Assembly (NCBI GenBank): GCA_903857825.1
Contig: CAIOGI010000009.1
Location: 7,203-71,202 of the forward strand
Length of the DNA stretch: 64,000 nucleotides
Direction: 5' to 3'
DNA from: Candidatus Tayloriibacteriota bacterium
Lineage (GTDB): Bacteria > Patescibacteriota > Minisyncoccia > Phycocordibacterales > PALSA-1337
The notes under the pieces are model-generated. The model did no database searches. It worked only from the letters and a program-made list of their open reading frames with translations, and was not told the origin of the DNA. Every line of letters starts with the position of its first letter. Position 1 is the stretch's first letter. The translations under genes and the position numbers were made by a program. Positions 19,443 to 28,886 of this stretch are shown piece by piece.

Positions 19443-20948
19443 TTAATAGTTTGTGATTAACAGCTCTGCCACCTTGCCGCGCTGATCTTTTTTACTATTC
19501 AAAGTTCGACCAGAGAAAACTTGCTGAATTTTATAACCCTTATAAAGATCCCGAATGAATTCACAATCTGAATTGGAGAGCATCACTTTACAGCCCTTCT
19601 TATCCAAATGATCAATTTTTTCCTTCAGTCTTATTTGATCCTCTTTATGGAATTTCTCTTTAGTATAACGAGTGAAATCAGAATAAACTGATATAGGATA
19701 GTAAGGAGGATCGAGATAAACAAAATCATTAGTGCCAGCATCATTTACCGCCATCTCAAAATCTACTTCTTTTATTGCCACATTTTTTAGAACCGCACTA
19801 GCACTTCTGATTGTATGTTCATCACATATAAGCCGATTGAGAGAGCTGCCTATTGGTACATTAAACTGCCCTTTTTGATTGACCCTATAGATACCATTAA
19901 AACAGGTCTGATTTAGATAAATCATTCTTGCAGCAATTTCAGCTGAATTCAATTTTTGGAAAATATCAATTTCCCGATCTAAATTTCTTACTAAAGGATA
20001 TAATTCTTTTGAGTGTTTTGATCGTAACTCCTTAAGCAGTCTGATCACTTCTTCTGGATTGTCTCGTATACCCTCATACGCCCTGATCAATTCAGTATTG
20101 TTGTCGGCCAGAATCGCCTTTTGAGGTTGGAGATGGAAAAACATTGCCCCTCCACCGAGAAAAGGTTCGTAGTAAGAATTGAATTTTTTAGGTAGAAACT
20201 GTTCGTATTGAGAAATCATCCCTCTCTTGCCTCCTACCCATTGAAGAAAAGGTGTTGCCTTCTCATCTGGTGAAGAATTTGTCTCTCTTTTTACATTTGC
20301 AGTCAGAGGCATGCGTTTCAATAATTTCGTCAATTCGCTTTCATGCGTGTGTACTGATTCAAGCTCTCTAATAATTTTTACAACTACGCCTCTGATCTCA
20401 ACTTCAGTTCTAAAAAAAGGAAGTAGGTTTTGATTTGCCGGTTGCAAACGGAATCTCCCCTTTTCCTTGTAAATCTTTTTTAAGGTTGCCTGATTATCAT
20501 CAATAATTGCGACTACAGTTTGACCATCTTCTGCACTTTGCTGTTCTCGTATAACGACAATATCACCATCAAATATTCCATCATCGATCATGCTGCTTCC
20601 AGCCACCTTTAAAGCGTAGTGCTTTCCTGCATTGGGTATTTCACCCTGAGACAGTACCAACATCTCACCGTGCCTTTCTACTGCTTCAATAGGCAATCCG
20701 GCAGCAATAGTACCTAGAATTGGGACATGAACACTGCCAAGAGCCTTTTTAGGGGCAACAGCTCGAGGTTGATTGATCTCTTTATAAATCAAGCCAGCTT
20801 CCTCAAGTTTTTTTACATGATGATGAGCTGTAGATACCGAAGAAAGTTTTAAATGTCCTTTTATTTCTTCAAGAGAAGGGGCGAACCCATGCTTTTTACT
20901 ATAGGTAGTAAGAAAATCTAATGTCTGTTTTTGTCTTTTAGTTATCAT
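19443..20948 (-). CDS. LexA-like repressor fused to a Dam-family adenine methyltransferase
   Basis: LexA wHTH, IAAG cleavage site, GSSM Ser and TLKK Lys; then WVGGK, EPFLGGG and DPPY; probable start 20948. Confidence 0.9.
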   Translation of the reverse strand: MITKRQKQTLDFLTTYSKKHGFAPSLEEIKGHLKLSSVSTAHHHVKKLEEAGLIYKEINQPRAVAPKKALGSVHVPILGTIAAGLPIEAVERHGEMLVLSQGEIPNAGKHYALKVAGSSMIDDGIFDGDIVVIREQQSAEDGQTVVAIIDDNQATLKKIYKEKGRFRLQPANQNLLPFFRTEVEIRGVVVKIIRELESVHTHESELTKLLKRMPLTANVKRETNSSPDEKATPFLQWVGGKRGMISQYEQFLPKKFNSYYEPFLGGGAMFFHLQPQKAILADNNTELIRAYEGIRDNPEEVIRLLKELRSKHSKELYPLVRNLDREIDIFQKLNSAEIAARMIYLNQTCFNGIYRVNQKGQFNVPIGSSLNRLICDEHTIRSASAVLKNVAIKEVDFEMAVNDAGTNDFVYLDPPYYPISVYSDFTRYTKEKFHKEDQIRLKEKIDHLDKKGCKVMLSNSDCEFIRDLYKGYKIQQVFSGRTLNSKKDQRGKVAELLITNY

Positions 20949-20957
20949 ATTACACTT

Positions 20958-21008
20958 TCGATTTATTTTCGATATCATAATTATAGCGCCACCTAAATTA
21001 AGAAGCAA
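20958..21008 (-). promoter_or_regulatory. Promoter TTGCTT-N17-TATAAT with downstream TCGA-N7-TCGA candidate operator
   Basis: Hexamers at 21008-21003 and 20985-20980; dyad at 20958-20972. Confidence 0.55.
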
Positions 21009-21128
21009 GTGTGGTGATCAACACCTCAATATGTCAAAGGAAGAAAAAATTAATATTAGAATGATGCAAAAAAACAAAAACGAACAGAGGAAGCTGTAGA
21101 GATACGCAAACGAGGATTTGGTCAGCAA

Positions 21129-21308
21129 TTATTTCCCTGCGAACGGTTCAGATGTTTCTCCTTTATTGGCAAAGTAGAATGAGAAGGCCATAGAAGCCAG
21201 AATCATGAAATCCTTGGGATCTATCTTGCTATAAAACATGCCGATAATTGTTGCCACTGCCATCAGAATAAAGACTATTTTCGATGCTGATGAATATATA
21301 CTTTTCAT
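21129..21308 (-). CDS. Putative holin (59 aa, two TM helices)
   Basis: Read manually: MKSIYSSASKIVFILMAVATIIGMFYSKIDPKDFMILASMAFSFYFANKG...; next to the endolysin. Confidence 0.7.
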   Translation of the reverse strand: MKSIYSSASKIVFILMAVATIIGMFYSKIDPKDFMILASMAFSFYFANKGETSEPFAGK

Positions 21309-21338
21309 AAATTTATTTTAATTGATTAATAATTCGAC

Positions 21339-22394
21339 CTAGATCGCAAATTGCGCATTGAGTGCGGCTCTCGTCTTCGGACCGATATGATTTGGCGAGG
21401 GTGCAATCTTATGTGCCTGCTGATACCTGGCATTCGCTGACGCCGTCTTCGGACCGAAGATACCGAGCTCGTCGGCTGGGACGGGTGCGAGAAATCCAAG
21501 TATCATGTACGCTATCTGAGCAAGCTTTACATCTTCATTATTGTCACCGAGAGTAAGGTTCTTCTGCCAAGTGCAATGGAATGCTGATGGGGAGGGCAAA
21601 GCCTTCAGGAAGTCCTGCACATTTGGAGGAATTTCTGCAACCGCCCATTGCTCTATAATATAAGGAGACCATGCTTTCGGATCGTATTTTGCCCTTCCGT
21701 AATTAGCCCAGGACGCACTCCATTCGTTCTGAAGATCGTTATAGATATCGTCTTCCCAACCGAAAGGAGTCATTTGATGTCCTGAAACTATAGTTTTTGG
21801 TATTCGAAGTGGATCTATATCTTTATCTGCCCACGATGGAGTCCATAATTCGTTACCAATTTCAAAGAGTGCGGAAACTGCACCATAAAGATATATGGCT
21901 TCTCGTGTTCTTTGAAAATCGAGAGGAACAGAAACGTAGCCGGGAATTTTATACTTAGCTGCTTCATCAAAAACTTCCTTAGTAAGTTTGTTGTCGTTTC
22001 GATATTCAAGAACCGACAGCGAGGTATCGTTTGGAAGAGTTGCGGTTGTGGCACAGCCATAGAGAACTGCGAGTTTAAATACGAGACGGGGATAAGTTCC
22101 GCCCATTGCTCGATCCTGAAGATCGAACCGTTTTGCAAGTATATCGAGAAAGCGAGGAGAGAAATCGATCATCTTCCCTGTTTTCTTGAGCCAGTAGAGT
22201 TTAAGAGTATCTACGGCACTATGCGATACGCACGCGGGCACGAGTGCTTGCATCATGGGAGATGCGAGTGCTGTTTTGTGTGTAGGAGGAAGTTGTATTC
22301 GTGTTGGAAGTGCTTCGGCTACTGCGGAAGCAACATATCCGTCTCGATAGTCGGGAGGTGAAATAATAGCGCCTGTTGAAAATTGCTCATTCAT
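21339..22394 (-). CDS. Putative endolysin: papain-like cysteine peptidase plus peptidoglycan-binding domain
   Basis: Q.....C (QALVPAC), GH and QNEW motifs; C-terminal GIFGPKT...GPKTRAALN. Confidence 0.72.
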   Translation of the reverse strand: MNEQFSTGAIISPPDYRDGYVASAVAEALPTRIQLPPTHKTALASPMMQALVPACVSHSAVDTLKLYWLKKTGKMIDFSPRFLDILAKRFDLQDRAMGGTYPRLVFKLAVLYGCATTATLPNDTSLSVLEYRNDNKLTKEVFDEAAKYKIPGYVSVPLDFQRTREAIYLYGAVSALFEIGNELWTPSWADKDIDPLRIPKTIVSGHQMTPFGWEDDIYNDLQNEWSASWANYGRAKYDPKAWSPYIIEQWAVAEIPPNVQDFLKALPSPSAFHCTWQKNLTLGDNNEDVKLAQIAYMILGFLAPVPADELGIFGPKTASANARYQQAHKIAPSPNHIGPKTRAALNAQFAI

Positions 22395-22398
22395 AAAT

Positions 22399-22599
22399 TT
22401 ATTTGATCATTAAGTTAATAATTCCGGTGATTAATCCGGCAACCGATGCTGTAGCCACAATCCAGAAAAACTTCATAAGCCATTGCTGGTTTGTCTTTAC
22501 GACTGCCATATCCTCTTCAATATGGCTCAAGTGGTTGTCCTTGATTTCTTTGATATCCAACTCAATTTTTTCTATTCTTTTTTCCATATTGTTAGACAT
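22399..22599 (-). CDS. Small coiled-coil/TM lysis-module protein (XhlA/holin-like)
   Basis: Coiled coil plus C-terminal TM helix, upstream of the endolysin. Confidence 0.65.
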   Translation of the reverse strand: MSNNMEKRIEKIELDIKEIKDNHLSHIEEDMAVVKTNQQWLMKFFWIVATASVAGLITGIINLMIK

Positions 22600-23356
22600 A
22601 TGTTATGGCTTTGATTATGAATAGAACGACCGCATACGGTGGCATGTTGTTATGCGCCCCGTTGCTTCCCGCCGTGCCGCTATTCTGCGTGGCATCCTGT
22701 CCACCGCTCGATCTCATGGCGTTCGTAGTACTTCCGGATCCTGACGACGACATGGCTATCGGATGCGAATGCGAAGCCAATTCCGCGGCGGTAAGCTGGT
22801 GCGCCTTTTCTCCTACATAGGCGTTCGGAACGTTGATGTTGTCGAAGTTCGTATCCGATATTTTCTGTCCGTAGGGCGTATAACCACGGAGATCTGGAAG
22901 ATTGAATGTGCTTGAACCGTCCCCTTTGCCCCAGTTCGAGTAATAGACCGTGTGAATGCCGGACTGTGATCCGGAAGTATTTACCGCCGCCCCGCCTCGG
23001 GTCGTCGATACTCTGAAATCATTGGTGCCCAGTCCTGCAGCAATCACGAAGTAATCGGTATTCACTGCAAGTCCCGTCGGCAATGCTCCTGTCGTTTTGA
23101 AGTGAACTTTATCTCCCGTCATAAATCCGTGATTTGAAAATGAGATGACTGTAGGAGAGGCGATAGAGATAGTGCACTGCCCTGATGGACAAAGTGCAGC
23201 GAAGAGTCCGGGATATGCACTTCGCAATACCGCCGATCCGTCACAAGGCAGGAAATCAGCCGGCACCGTCTTGCCCGCAAACGGAATTATGCTTCCTTCG
23301 GGAAGTATCCGATTCATGTCGACTGCAAGTGCTTGTTGTCCTTGTTGAATGGCCAT
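22592..23356 (-). CDS. Tail fibre protein with tail-collar domain
   Basis: GSIIPFAG...CDGSAV.R..YP.LF, TFNLPDLRG and HNNMPPY motifs. Confidence 0.88.
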   Translation of the reverse strand: MAIQQGQQALAVDMNRILPEGSIIPFAGKTVPADFLPCDGSAVLRSAYPGLFAALCPSGQCTISIASPTVISFSNHGFMTGDKVHFKTTGALPTGLAVNTDYFVIAAGLGTNDFRVSTTRGGAAVNTSGSQSGIHTVYYSNWGKGDGSSTFNLPDLRGYTPYGQKISDTNFDNINVPNAYVGEKAHQLTAAELASHSHPIAMSSSGSGSTTNAMRSSGGQDATQNSGTAGSNGAHNNMPPYAVVLFIIKAITYV

Positions 23357-23359
23357 GTT

Positions 23360-23515
23360 TTACTTTTCTTTAAGCTGATGCTCATCACAAAGAGTCAGAT
23401 GTTTAAGATATAGCTCGTTCAAGTCGACCGTTGATTCTGGAGAAAAAGTGATAGAGCCACAGATTTTTCTGCATACAACACATTTCAAATCGTATGTGAT
23501 TTCTTTGTCTTTCAT
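23360..23515 (-). CDS. Small Cys/His protein (CxxC...CxxH), possible fibre chaperone
   Basis: Read manually: MKDKEITYDLKCVVCRKICG...LCDEHQLKEK, 51 aa. Confidence 0.6.
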   Translation of the reverse strand: MKDKEITYDLKCVVCRKICGSITFSPESTVDLNELYLKHLTLCDEHQLKEK

Positions 23516-23520
23516 GATGA

Positions 23521-24552
23521 TTATATAAATTCTGTATTAGGAGCTATTAATGAAAAACCATTGCCTCCAGCGCCTCCGTTATAATATCCACCATTTGCAC
23601 CCGAGTTGAATACGCTTCCACCACCTGCGCCTCCAAAGGCTGCACCACCTGAGCTCATTGAAGCAGTACCACCTGTTCCGCCGGCACAGAGGAATGTTCC
23701 AGAATTGGCGACCAAGGTGTTGTAAAGAGCGAGGCCGAAGCCACCGCCACCCCCACCTCCTCCGGCTACAGTAGTATTACCACCCCCTCCTGAATTTCCG
23801 TTGCTTCCTGCAGATCCTGCAACAGAGATGCCACCTGCGGTAGTGAAATTCCAAGCACCACCGCATTCGATTAGAAGTGCACCTCCACCAGTACCACCTG
23901 CCGCAGTATTGCCGTTAAATGATCCTGCATTACCAGTACTGACTCCACCAGCACCACCGCCAGCTCCTGCAAATGTCAGGAAGTTAAATTTCGATAAAAT
24001 AAATGAAAAGATATTTGCTGATATTCCGAAAACTGTCGGTATAGCACCACCGACCGCCGGATTATGTACCCAACCACCTTCACCTGCATTGGTTTGCAAA
24101 GATGATATTTGTGCCGAGTGTCCGCTATTACCAGTTATATAGGACAACGTCCCAATACTTCCTGCGGCACTTGCACCTCCCCCGCCACCAGTATTTCTGC
24201 AATCAATCATCGGAGCCGATGATGAAGTAAGTGTTACATCACCCTGAGATTTCAAAATGACAAATGTCCCGTTTGCATTCGGATTTGTGAATGCTAGTTT
24301 ACCTGTCCCTGTAATCGAGATGGAAGTGTAATTTTTCACGACTACCGAGGCGCCTCCCAGATTGATCGATGTCGTTCCTGAGGAAATAGAGAGTGAACCA
24401 TCAGAACCATTTCCACCAAATTTAACAGTCATAAATGAATTATCAATTTTCCCGCTCGAGTTGAGTTTTGGTACTTTGCCAGCATCATTAGTACCGCCAG
24501 ATGTACTGACGAAATCCGAAGCCAGAGCTTGTTGTCCTTGTTGAATTGCCAT
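23521..24552 (-). CDS. Glycine-rich tail fibre/receptor-binding protein
   Basis: Gly-rich repeats; N-terminus shared with the flanking fibre genes. Confidence 0.8.
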   Translation of the reverse strand: MAIQQGQQALASDFVSTSGGTNDAGKVPKLNSSGKIDNSFMTVKFGGNGSDGSLSISSGTTSINLGGASVVVKNYTSISITGTGKLAFTNPNANGTFVILKSQGDVTLTSSSAPMIDCRNTGGGGGASAAGSIGTLSYITGNSGHSAQISSLQTNAGEGGWVHNPAVGGAIPTVFGISANIFSFILSKFNFLTFAGAGGGAGGVSTGNAGSFNGNTAAGGTGGGALLIECGGAWNFTTAGGISVAGSAGSNGNSGGGGNTTVAGGGGGGGGFGLALYNTLVANSGTFLCAGGTGGTASMSSGGAAFGGAGGGSVFNSGANGGYYNGGAGGNGFSLIAPNTEFI

Positions 24553-24553
24553 G

Positions 24554-25402
24554 TTATGTTCTGATTAAGAAATTCACCACCTTGTATGGAGGCATGTTGT
24601 TATGTGCCGCGTTCGAGCCGACCGTCGCCATGCTCATCGGCGTATTTCGAGTGGCCGCGTTGTTTGTCAGAGTCGTGCTGTTTGCGACATACGGAATCGA
24701 CGCTCCGCCCGAACCGTCCTGCCAGGTGATCGGCGTATGGGAGTGCGCCGCCAATTCCGCCACGCTCAATTGATGATTCTTTTCTCCGACGTATGTATTC
24801 GGAGTATCGAGCGTGTCGAAATTGGCATCACTTACGTCATAGCCGAATACCGTCCTGCCCTTGAGATTCGGAAGATTGAACGTGGTCGATCCGTCTCCGG
24901 CACCGGAGTTGAAGACCTGCCACGCATGAATACCAGACTGTGAGCCGGAAGTATTCACAGCGGGACCGCCTCTCGTTGCGGAAACTCGGAATTCATTGGC
25001 GTTCAACCCTGCCGAAATTACATAGTAGTCCGTATTTATAAGGAGTCCTGTCGGCAAAGCGCCTGTGGTTGTGAATCGGATCTTGTCTCCTGCTACAAGG
25101 ACATGGCCGCTTGAAGCGAAGACTGCTGGTGAGGCGATGCTTACCGTAAATCCGGCCGAAGGACACAGGACAGCGAAAAGCGCCGCATATGCGATTCTCG
25201 AAACTGCTTGTCCGTTGCAGAGAAGCCAACCTGTCGGAAATGTTCGACTCATGCTCGGCACGATCATTCCCGTAAGTCCGAGGAAGCTGTTATCAAGGAG
25301 TCCATTTGCATCAGTCTTGACTCCTTTTCCGGCATCAACAGCACCCGCCGTTGATGCGACGAAATCTGAAGCCACTGCTTGTTGTCCTTGTTGTATCGAC
25401 AT
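24554..25402 (-). CDS. Tail fibre protein with tail-collar domain (paralog of 22592-23356)
   Basis: GWLLCNGQAVSR..YAALF, TFNLPNLKGR and HNNMPPY motifs. Confidence 0.88.
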   Translation of the reverse strand: MSIQQGQQAVASDFVASTAGAVDAGKGVKTDANGLLDNSFLGLTGMIVPSMSRTFPTGWLLCNGQAVSRIAYAALFAVLCPSAGFTVSIASPAVFASSGHVLVAGDKIRFTTTGALPTGLLINTDYYVISAGLNANEFRVSATRGGPAVNTSGSQSGIHAWQVFNSGAGDGSTTFNLPNLKGRTVFGYDVSDANFDTLDTPNTYVGEKNHQLSVAELAAHSHTPITWQDGSGGASIPYVANSTTLTNNAATRNTPMSMATVGSNAAHNNMPPYKVVNFLIRT

Positions 25403-25403
25403 A

Positions 25404-25889
25404 TCAGTTTATTGTTACCTGCATTTCTATGGTCGTGTCTTCCCCACTACCCTTCGTATATGGAACGCCAAACAAGGCATGATTGAATATCTTCCCTGTA
25501 CCAACGCCGGAGCTTCCGTCCACAAATGATCCAAATTCAGTATATGTGCCGTTTGGAAGTACGTTGTCGGCAAAGAAGAACTGCATCGTTGCTATAGCAC
25601 CCGATACTGAGCCAGAGCCGACCGACGCTCTGGCTTGAGGAGTCTGGAGTACTGTATCCGAAGCGTCAGGAGGATTGGTTCCAGTACCCATATCGGCGTG
25701 GGTGAGATTGAGGGAATATGTGTTAATACCAGCCAGTCTCTCCAATATGAGAGTCTTTCCCGTATTAACACCGAGCATGATTAGATTCGAGTACCAATCG
25801 CTTCGTCGCACGATTTCATTCGTACCAGCTTTCTTGGTTAAAATTCGGAATCTTCCCTTCGGTTGTATTTTTTCTTTTTGATTATTCAT
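25404..25889 (-). CDS. Baseplate/fibre attachment protein
   Basis: Position in the tail module; GTGTNPP..SDT.L and YTEFG motifs. Confidence 0.65.
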   Translation of the reverse strand: MNNQKEKIQPKGRFRILTKKAGTNEIVRRSDWYSNLIMLGVNTGKTLILERLAGINTYSLNLTHADMGTGTNPPDASDTVLQTPQARASVGSGSVSGAIATMQFFFADNVLPNGTYTEFGSFVDGSSGVGTGKIFNHALFGVPYTKGSGEDTTIEMQVTIN

Positions 25890-25898
25890 ATATTTTTA

Positions 25899-27311
25899 TT
25901 ATCCCCACGTTCCCAATCCCCAATAGAGAGCATTGGGATCCGGTCCCCATTTGTACGGGCCGACTGCTCTTTGTGCTGTAACCGAATCGCCCATAACTGC
26001 GGACTCAGCGAAGATCTCAAGCCTTTGAAGAACTTCGTTGGAGGCGATTGTGATATTTTTCTTATTGCCAGTAAGAAGTTCGACCATAATATCGGTAAAC
26101 GAAACTTGACCTGAAGCAATGAGATAGACCGTGTATTCCATAGACACGCTATCTCTCACCTTTCCAGTGATCTTGTTTATTTTGAATGTCTTATCAACAT
26201 TCCTGATTACGCTGTGCACTCTAATCCTCTGCCCAACCTTGAGGCCGGTCTGGATTGTTTTGAACGAGGCTTCGTAGACACTCTCGGAGTATTTCTTAAG
26301 TTCGGTTTGCGCCCTGGTTTGAGCTTCGCTTATTGATGTAATACTCTTATCAATGACCGCTGCTTGATACTCTCCGTATGTCGATATCGATATCTGATCT
26401 CGAACTTGGGCTATAATAGGAATATACGCATCGCCAAAAACTTTGACCGTATGTCCGGTAATTGGAGCGGTGGTATATTTGATAAATTTCTCGTTGAAGT
26501 TATAGAGCACATCGACCTGGGCAGGATTGGATTGTTGATCTGTACCCACGGTATTTACAGTCGTATTGTCCTTGACAGTAATATTGTCGTACTTGTACGA
26601 GAGCGGAAATACTTTCTGTACGCCATCGCCGACGAATATGTCCTGGGCGTTTGCTTCGGCAATTGTTTTTTTATATTCTCCCCCTCGGACGAATACTGAA
26701 TTCTTTATCTGAGTAATCGTATTATTGACCTCGAGCGAATCCCATTCGTATTTATCTCCGGCATCCGAAAGCTCGAAGGGTGCCGAAAGATTTTCGCTGT
26801 CGAAGAAATGAATATCTTTATCAGCATCGACATACCAATCCCAGCCGATCTGATCTGCCAGCTGTGTGAGACATCTCGTGACTTGCTCGTAGTTAAACTT
26901 AATGGAACCAATCGACGGTGTAGACTGTGCCACGTTGTTTGTGGTGAACCCTGATGTGTATATAGAGACGAGCTCAAGGACAATAGACCGTGCCGTCACA
27001 TTTGTATAGCTTCGGACAACCACTTTGCGGTCGAGATATTGCGAATAATCTTTACAGCGTATATCGTAGGCGATCAATAGCCCTCCTTTAATGATCTGAT
27101 TCCTCTCAGTGATGACCCCGCCGAATATTTTAGTTCCATTTTCTTCAAGCTCTACATCATCGTTTACCGATGGAATCGTTTTTGCTGGCGTCTTCATTAT
27201 TTGAAATTCCAGACGATCAACTTCTTTGGAAAGAACTTCAGTCACTACCAAGGAATCCCATTTCACATGGTCTGTTCGATCTATGTTGTTTATTCTTAGT
27301 ATCAATGCCAT
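25899..27311 (-). CDS. Minor tail/tail tip (hub) protein
   Basis: Directly after the tape measure gene; beta-rich; probable start MALILRIN. Confidence 0.7.
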   Translation of the reverse strand: MALILRINNIDRTDHVKWDSLVVTEVLSKEVDRLEFQIMKTPAKTIPSVNDDVELEENGTKIFGGVITERNQIIKGGLLIAYDIRCKDYSQYLDRKVVVRSYTNVTARSIVLELVSIYTSGFTTNNVAQSTPSIGSIKFNYEQVTRCLTQLADQIGWDWYVDADKDIHFFDSENLSAPFELSDAGDKYEWDSLEVNNTITQIKNSVFVRGGEYKKTIAEANAQDIFVGDGVQKVFPLSYKYDNITVKDNTTVNTVGTDQQSNPAQVDVLYNFNEKFIKYTTAPITGHTVKVFGDAYIPIIAQVRDQISISTYGEYQAAVIDKSITSISEAQTRAQTELKKYSESVYEASFKTIQTGLKVGQRIRVHSVIRNVDKTFKINKITGKVRDSVSMEYTVYLIASGQVSFTDIMVELLTGNKKNITIASNEVLQRLEIFAESAVMGDSVTAQRAVGPYKWGPDPNALYWGLGTWG

Positions 27312-27315
27312 GTGA

Positions 27316-28671
27316 TTATGCTCGGATTCCACCGAGGTTTATCTGATTTTTAATAATGCGTGCCAATTCGTTTCCGAATTCTTCAGCCACTTCTGTAGAT
27401 GTGTAAAAGTCCCCGCTCAGATTTATCGTTATTCCTCCAGCTCCACCCATTCTACTCAATGGGATGATTGCCTCAGGACCAGCTTCGCCAACAAGACCGA
27501 GAGTAGGGCCGGTGACAATACCGCCGTCTGCAAACTTCGACACAACCGTCTTTACGGCGTTCACAGCCCCTTTTATTGGAGCACTTACGGCTGATACCAC
27601 GCTGTTATATGCACTCTGAATCGAGGCTATGGCACTCTTGATCTTCTCTATGCCCGCGTTGAATAGATCAACAATTCCATTCCATATCGAGGTAAAGAAA
27701 TCTTTGATACCATTCCATGCTTCGACAAATACACCCTTGATGTTTTCCCATTGTGTTTTCCAGAGCGTATAGAAAAAGATAATCACCGCACCTATGGCGG
27801 CGATCGCAGCAATGATGAGACCTAAGGGACCTAGAAGTGTGAGAGCAGCTGCGGCAGCAACAATAAGTCCCGCAACAAAGAGTGCGGTCAGAAGACTTCC
27901 AACAACAATCAGAAGAGTACGGTTGTCCTCAAGAAATTTATTTATTCCACCTTGTGCTCCAATCCAGTTTTGTATTCCTTTTGTAACCATTTCAATTGCC
28001 GGTGCAAAAAGACTTCCCAACGCTTCAGCACCTTCACCTCCAAGCTGTCGCGTAATATCGAGCTGACCTTTCAGAGTTTCTGAATATGCAGCAGCCTGAC
28101 CATGAACAGTTTTCATGATGGCAGCAAGGATAGTTTCCTTAGATGCGTGATCATCGACTTCGATTCCGAATTGTTTCAGAAGTCGTGCATTACCTTGAAA
28201 GGCAAGAATCAAAGCCTGGGTCGACTCCTCGAGTCCAATACCCTTATAACGTGCCAGATCCATGGCTGCAGTAAATGCTTCAAAGGCAAAAGGGCCGTCA
28301 TTAGTTGCTTGAAGAAGTTTGGCAATCGAGACAGCCGCTTCCTCATTGTCGAAACCGAACTTATTGAGCGCCTCATCTGCAACCGCAAGTATCTGGCCTC
28401 TCAAAGCTTGCAGGTTTGGAGGAAGGGTTTTGAGAATTGCATCAAAGCGAGTCATCTGTACTTCTGCCTCAGCAAAGGCACCGATCACACTTTTCAATAT
28501 TGCCCCTGCGCCAATCGTCTGAAGCACTCCCGCCAATGCACCGACCTTGTCGCCTGCAAAACCAAACTGCCCACCAAGATCTGATAGGCTATTACTCATA
28601 CTTCGGATTGCAGTACTTGCTTCATCCCGAAGTTGAACCAATATTTGTAGTTTGCTTATTGACTCTGCCAT
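27316..28671 (-). CDS. Tape measure protein (short, 451 aa)
   Basis: Ala/Gly-rich helical protein with W-spaced repeats, TM segments and FADGGIVTGPT...GEAGPEAIIPL. Confidence 0.88.
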   Translation of the reverse strand: MAESISKLQILVQLRDEASTAIRSMSNSLSDLGGQFGFAGDKVGALAGVLQTIGAGAILKSVIGAFAEAEVQMTRFDAILKTLPPNLQALRGQILAVADEALNKFGFDNEEAAVSIAKLLQATNDGPFAFEAFTAAMDLARYKGIGLEESTQALILAFQGNARLLKQFGIEVDDHASKETILAAIMKTVHGQAAAYSETLKGQLDITRQLGGEGAEALGSLFAPAIEMVTKGIQNWIGAQGGINKFLEDNRTLLIVVGSLLTALFVAGLIVAAAAALTLLGPLGLIIAAIAAIGAVIIFFYTLWKTQWENIKGVFVEAWNGIKDFFTSIWNGIVDLFNAGIEKIKSAIASIQSAYNSVVSAVSAPIKGAVNAVKTVVSKFADGGIVTGPTLGLVGEAGPEAIIPLSRMGGAGGITINLSGDFYTSTEVAEEFGNELARIIKNQINLGGIRA

Positions 28672-28886
28672 GATGATTTATTCTTTTTCTTTATCTCTGC
28701 ACTCTCCGCTTTGAGCATTTCGATAATAGTGTCAATGAAAGTTGTGGGTTGATTTTCATACTCTTGTAACGTCCACTTCATTTCTCTGCATATCATCGCC
28801 GCTACCATTTCATCAGTGAGAGAGGCTTTCAAACCTGCGAAGTACCTCTCCCACGCATACCCTACTTCGCCGACTGAAAATTTCCC
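28656..28886 (-). CDS. -1 frameshift extension of the tail assembly chaperone (gpGT-like)
   Basis: Slippery GGGAAAT at 28886-28880; -1 frame open to the stop at 28656. Confidence 0.72.
   Translation of the reverse strand, partial: GKFSVGEVGYAWERYFAGLKASLTDEMVAAMICREMKWTLQEYENQPTTFIDTIIEMLKAESAEIKKKNKSSWQSQ

Noticed and set aside
22592..24700. Similar 3' ends of the two collar-fibre genes as a possible DGR TR/VR pair
   Set aside because: The differences are not adenine-specific, both lie in intact genes, and no reverse transcriptase is in the window.
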